The translations under genes and the position numbers were made by a program. Of a stretch of DNA of 25,515 bases, positions 24,325-25,515 are shown piece after piece. This DNA comes from Myxococcota bacterium. Lineage in GTDB: Bacteria; Myxococcota; JACRCW01. Where the stretch lies: assembly GCA_040752415.1 (NCBI GenBank), contig JBFMGU010000156.1, forward strand, positions 1 to 25,515, given 5' to 3'. Each line of letters begins with the position of its first letter. The stretch's first letter is position 1. Below the pieces are notes generated by a model, which saw only the letters and a program-made list of their open reading frames with translations, was not told the origin of the DNA and did no database searches.

Positions 24325-25515
24325 ATGATGGGGCTTTCACTCTGCACGCTGCTGGCGGTGACCACCGCGGGTGGTGCTGCGCCGTCGACGGGGGAGCGGC
24401 TTGCGCGCCTGCTGGTGATGCCGTTGGAGGCACGCGCGGGGGTCTCCGCCAAGGAGGCATCCCTGTTGAGCGACCTGCTGGTGAGCGAGACGCGCCGCAT
24501 CCCGGGCTACCGCGTCATCGCGCACGCGGACATCGAGCAGATGCTGAGCCTGGAGATGAAGCAGCAGCTGCTGGGCTGCAACGGGACCAGCTGCCTGGCG
24601 GAGCTGGGCGGCGCGCTGGACGCCGACGAGGTGCTCTACGGCAGCGTGGGAAGGCTGGGTCGGGAAGAGCTGGTGCTCAGCGTGACGCGTATTGATCCGC
24701 GCAACGCCAACGCGCTGGCCGGGGAATCCGAGCGCCTGAGCGGCGCCAACGCCGACGCCACGCTGGACAGCGTACCGCGTGTGCTGCACCGCCTCTATCC
24801 GCAGTACGAGCCGCCCGAGCCGCGCGTGCGCACGTTGTCGCGACCGTTGTTGTGGGGCGCGCTCACCGCCGCGGGCGCCGCCATCCAGTACAGCGCGTTC
24901 TCCAGCCTGTTCACCTCCGTGGTGTTCTGGCCATGCCCGCCGTTGATGGTGGTGTCGATGGTGTGCTCGTCGCTGATGTGCTTCAGCGGGCCGTTCTACG
25001 TCTCCGCGGCGCAGACCTGGCTCGCCGACGTCATGGGGCGCAGGCAGGCGGGATTCCGCAAGCCGGCGCTGGCGGGCGCGTTGGGACTGATGTTCACCGC
25101 CATGTACACGCTGGGCGCGGTGATCACCGGCTCGGTGTTGGCGGCGTTGACGGGCGTGGTGCTGGTGGCGTTCCTGGACGGCTGGCCGGAAGCGTGGCGC
25201 CTGCAGCCGCTGCACAGCTGGGCCACCCTCGACAACTGGCACCGCGCGTGGCTGGCGCCCGACCGGTTCTTCATCCTGGGGGCGGCGTTGGGACTCTTGC
25301 CCGGCGTGCTGGCGCTGGTGACGTTGATCCCCGGTGCGCAGGCGGTGGTGCTGCTGGCCATCTCCCAGGAGCGCCCCAAGGACGCGGACCCCGCGCGACC
25401 CGGTCTGTGGGGACCTTTCGAGGAGCCGCCGGGGTTCCTGCACTTCCTCCCGCGCAAGCTCCTGGGTGGACCGCAGAACACGCTGGACCTGGCGGAGCTG
25501 GAGGAGGCGGTGAAG
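24325..25515 (+). CDS. Hypothetical membrane protein, 3'-truncated (signal peptide, extracytoplasmic alpha/beta domain, several TM helices); not in the ORF track
   Basis: GGAGGA RBS then ATG at 24325; frame 1 is open to the window end. MMGLSLCTLLAVTTAGG...IEQMLSLEMKQQLLGCNGTSCLAELGGALDADEVLYGSVGRLG, followed by hydrophobic segments. Confidence 0.8.
   Translation, partial: MMGLSLCTLLAVTTAGGAAPSTGERLARLLVMPLEARAGVSAKEASLLSDLLVSETRRIPGYRVIAHADIEQMLSLEMKQQLLGCNGTSCLAELGGALDADEVLYGSVGRLGREELVLSVTRIDPRNANALAGESERLSGANADATLDSVPRVLHRLYPQYEPPEPRVRTLSRPLLWGALTAAGAAIQYSAFSSLFTSVVFWPCPPLMVVSMVCSSLMCFSGPFYVSAAQTWLADVMGRRQAGFRKPALAGALGLMFTAMYTLGAVITGSVLAALTGVVLVAFLDGWPEAWRLQPLHSWATLDNWHRAWLAPDRFFILGAALGLLPGVLALVTLIPGAQAVVLLAISQERPKDADPARPGLWGPFEEPPGFLHFLPRKLLGGPQNTLDLAELEEAVK

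Overview
High-GC bacterial DNA, probably Myxococcota-like (inferred from Cys-rich/FG-GAP lipoproteins, a PilT paralog and a sigma54 promoter). The left part (1-8 kb) is mostly housekeeping: an MDR/quinone oxidoreductase, a GNAT acetyltransferase, a single-domain response regulator, etfBA, hypothetical genes, and a PilT-family protein with degenerate ATPase motifs. It also holds a long structured inverted repeat and a 21-bp periodic tract. The main signal is a co-oriented, partly translationally coupled + strand cluster at 10943-22913. Its order is: soluble S24/S26-type peptidase, ~1430-aa secreted beta-rich protein, stand-alone PqqD/RRE, a paralogous ~1418-aa secreted protein, a lipoprotein, a 53-aa ORF absent from the ORF track (20868-21029), an HPr-kinase-like P-loop protein, and a radical SAM/SPASM enzyme. 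The 53-aa ORF has a YxxPxI leader motif and a two-Cys core. The cluster looks like an RRE-dependent RiPP maturation system interleaved with giant cell-surface proteins. The two giant genes share a ~924-bp apparently identical tract, and a consensus sigma54 promoter precedes the PqqD gene. All functional calls come from reading motifs by eye; no database searches were run.
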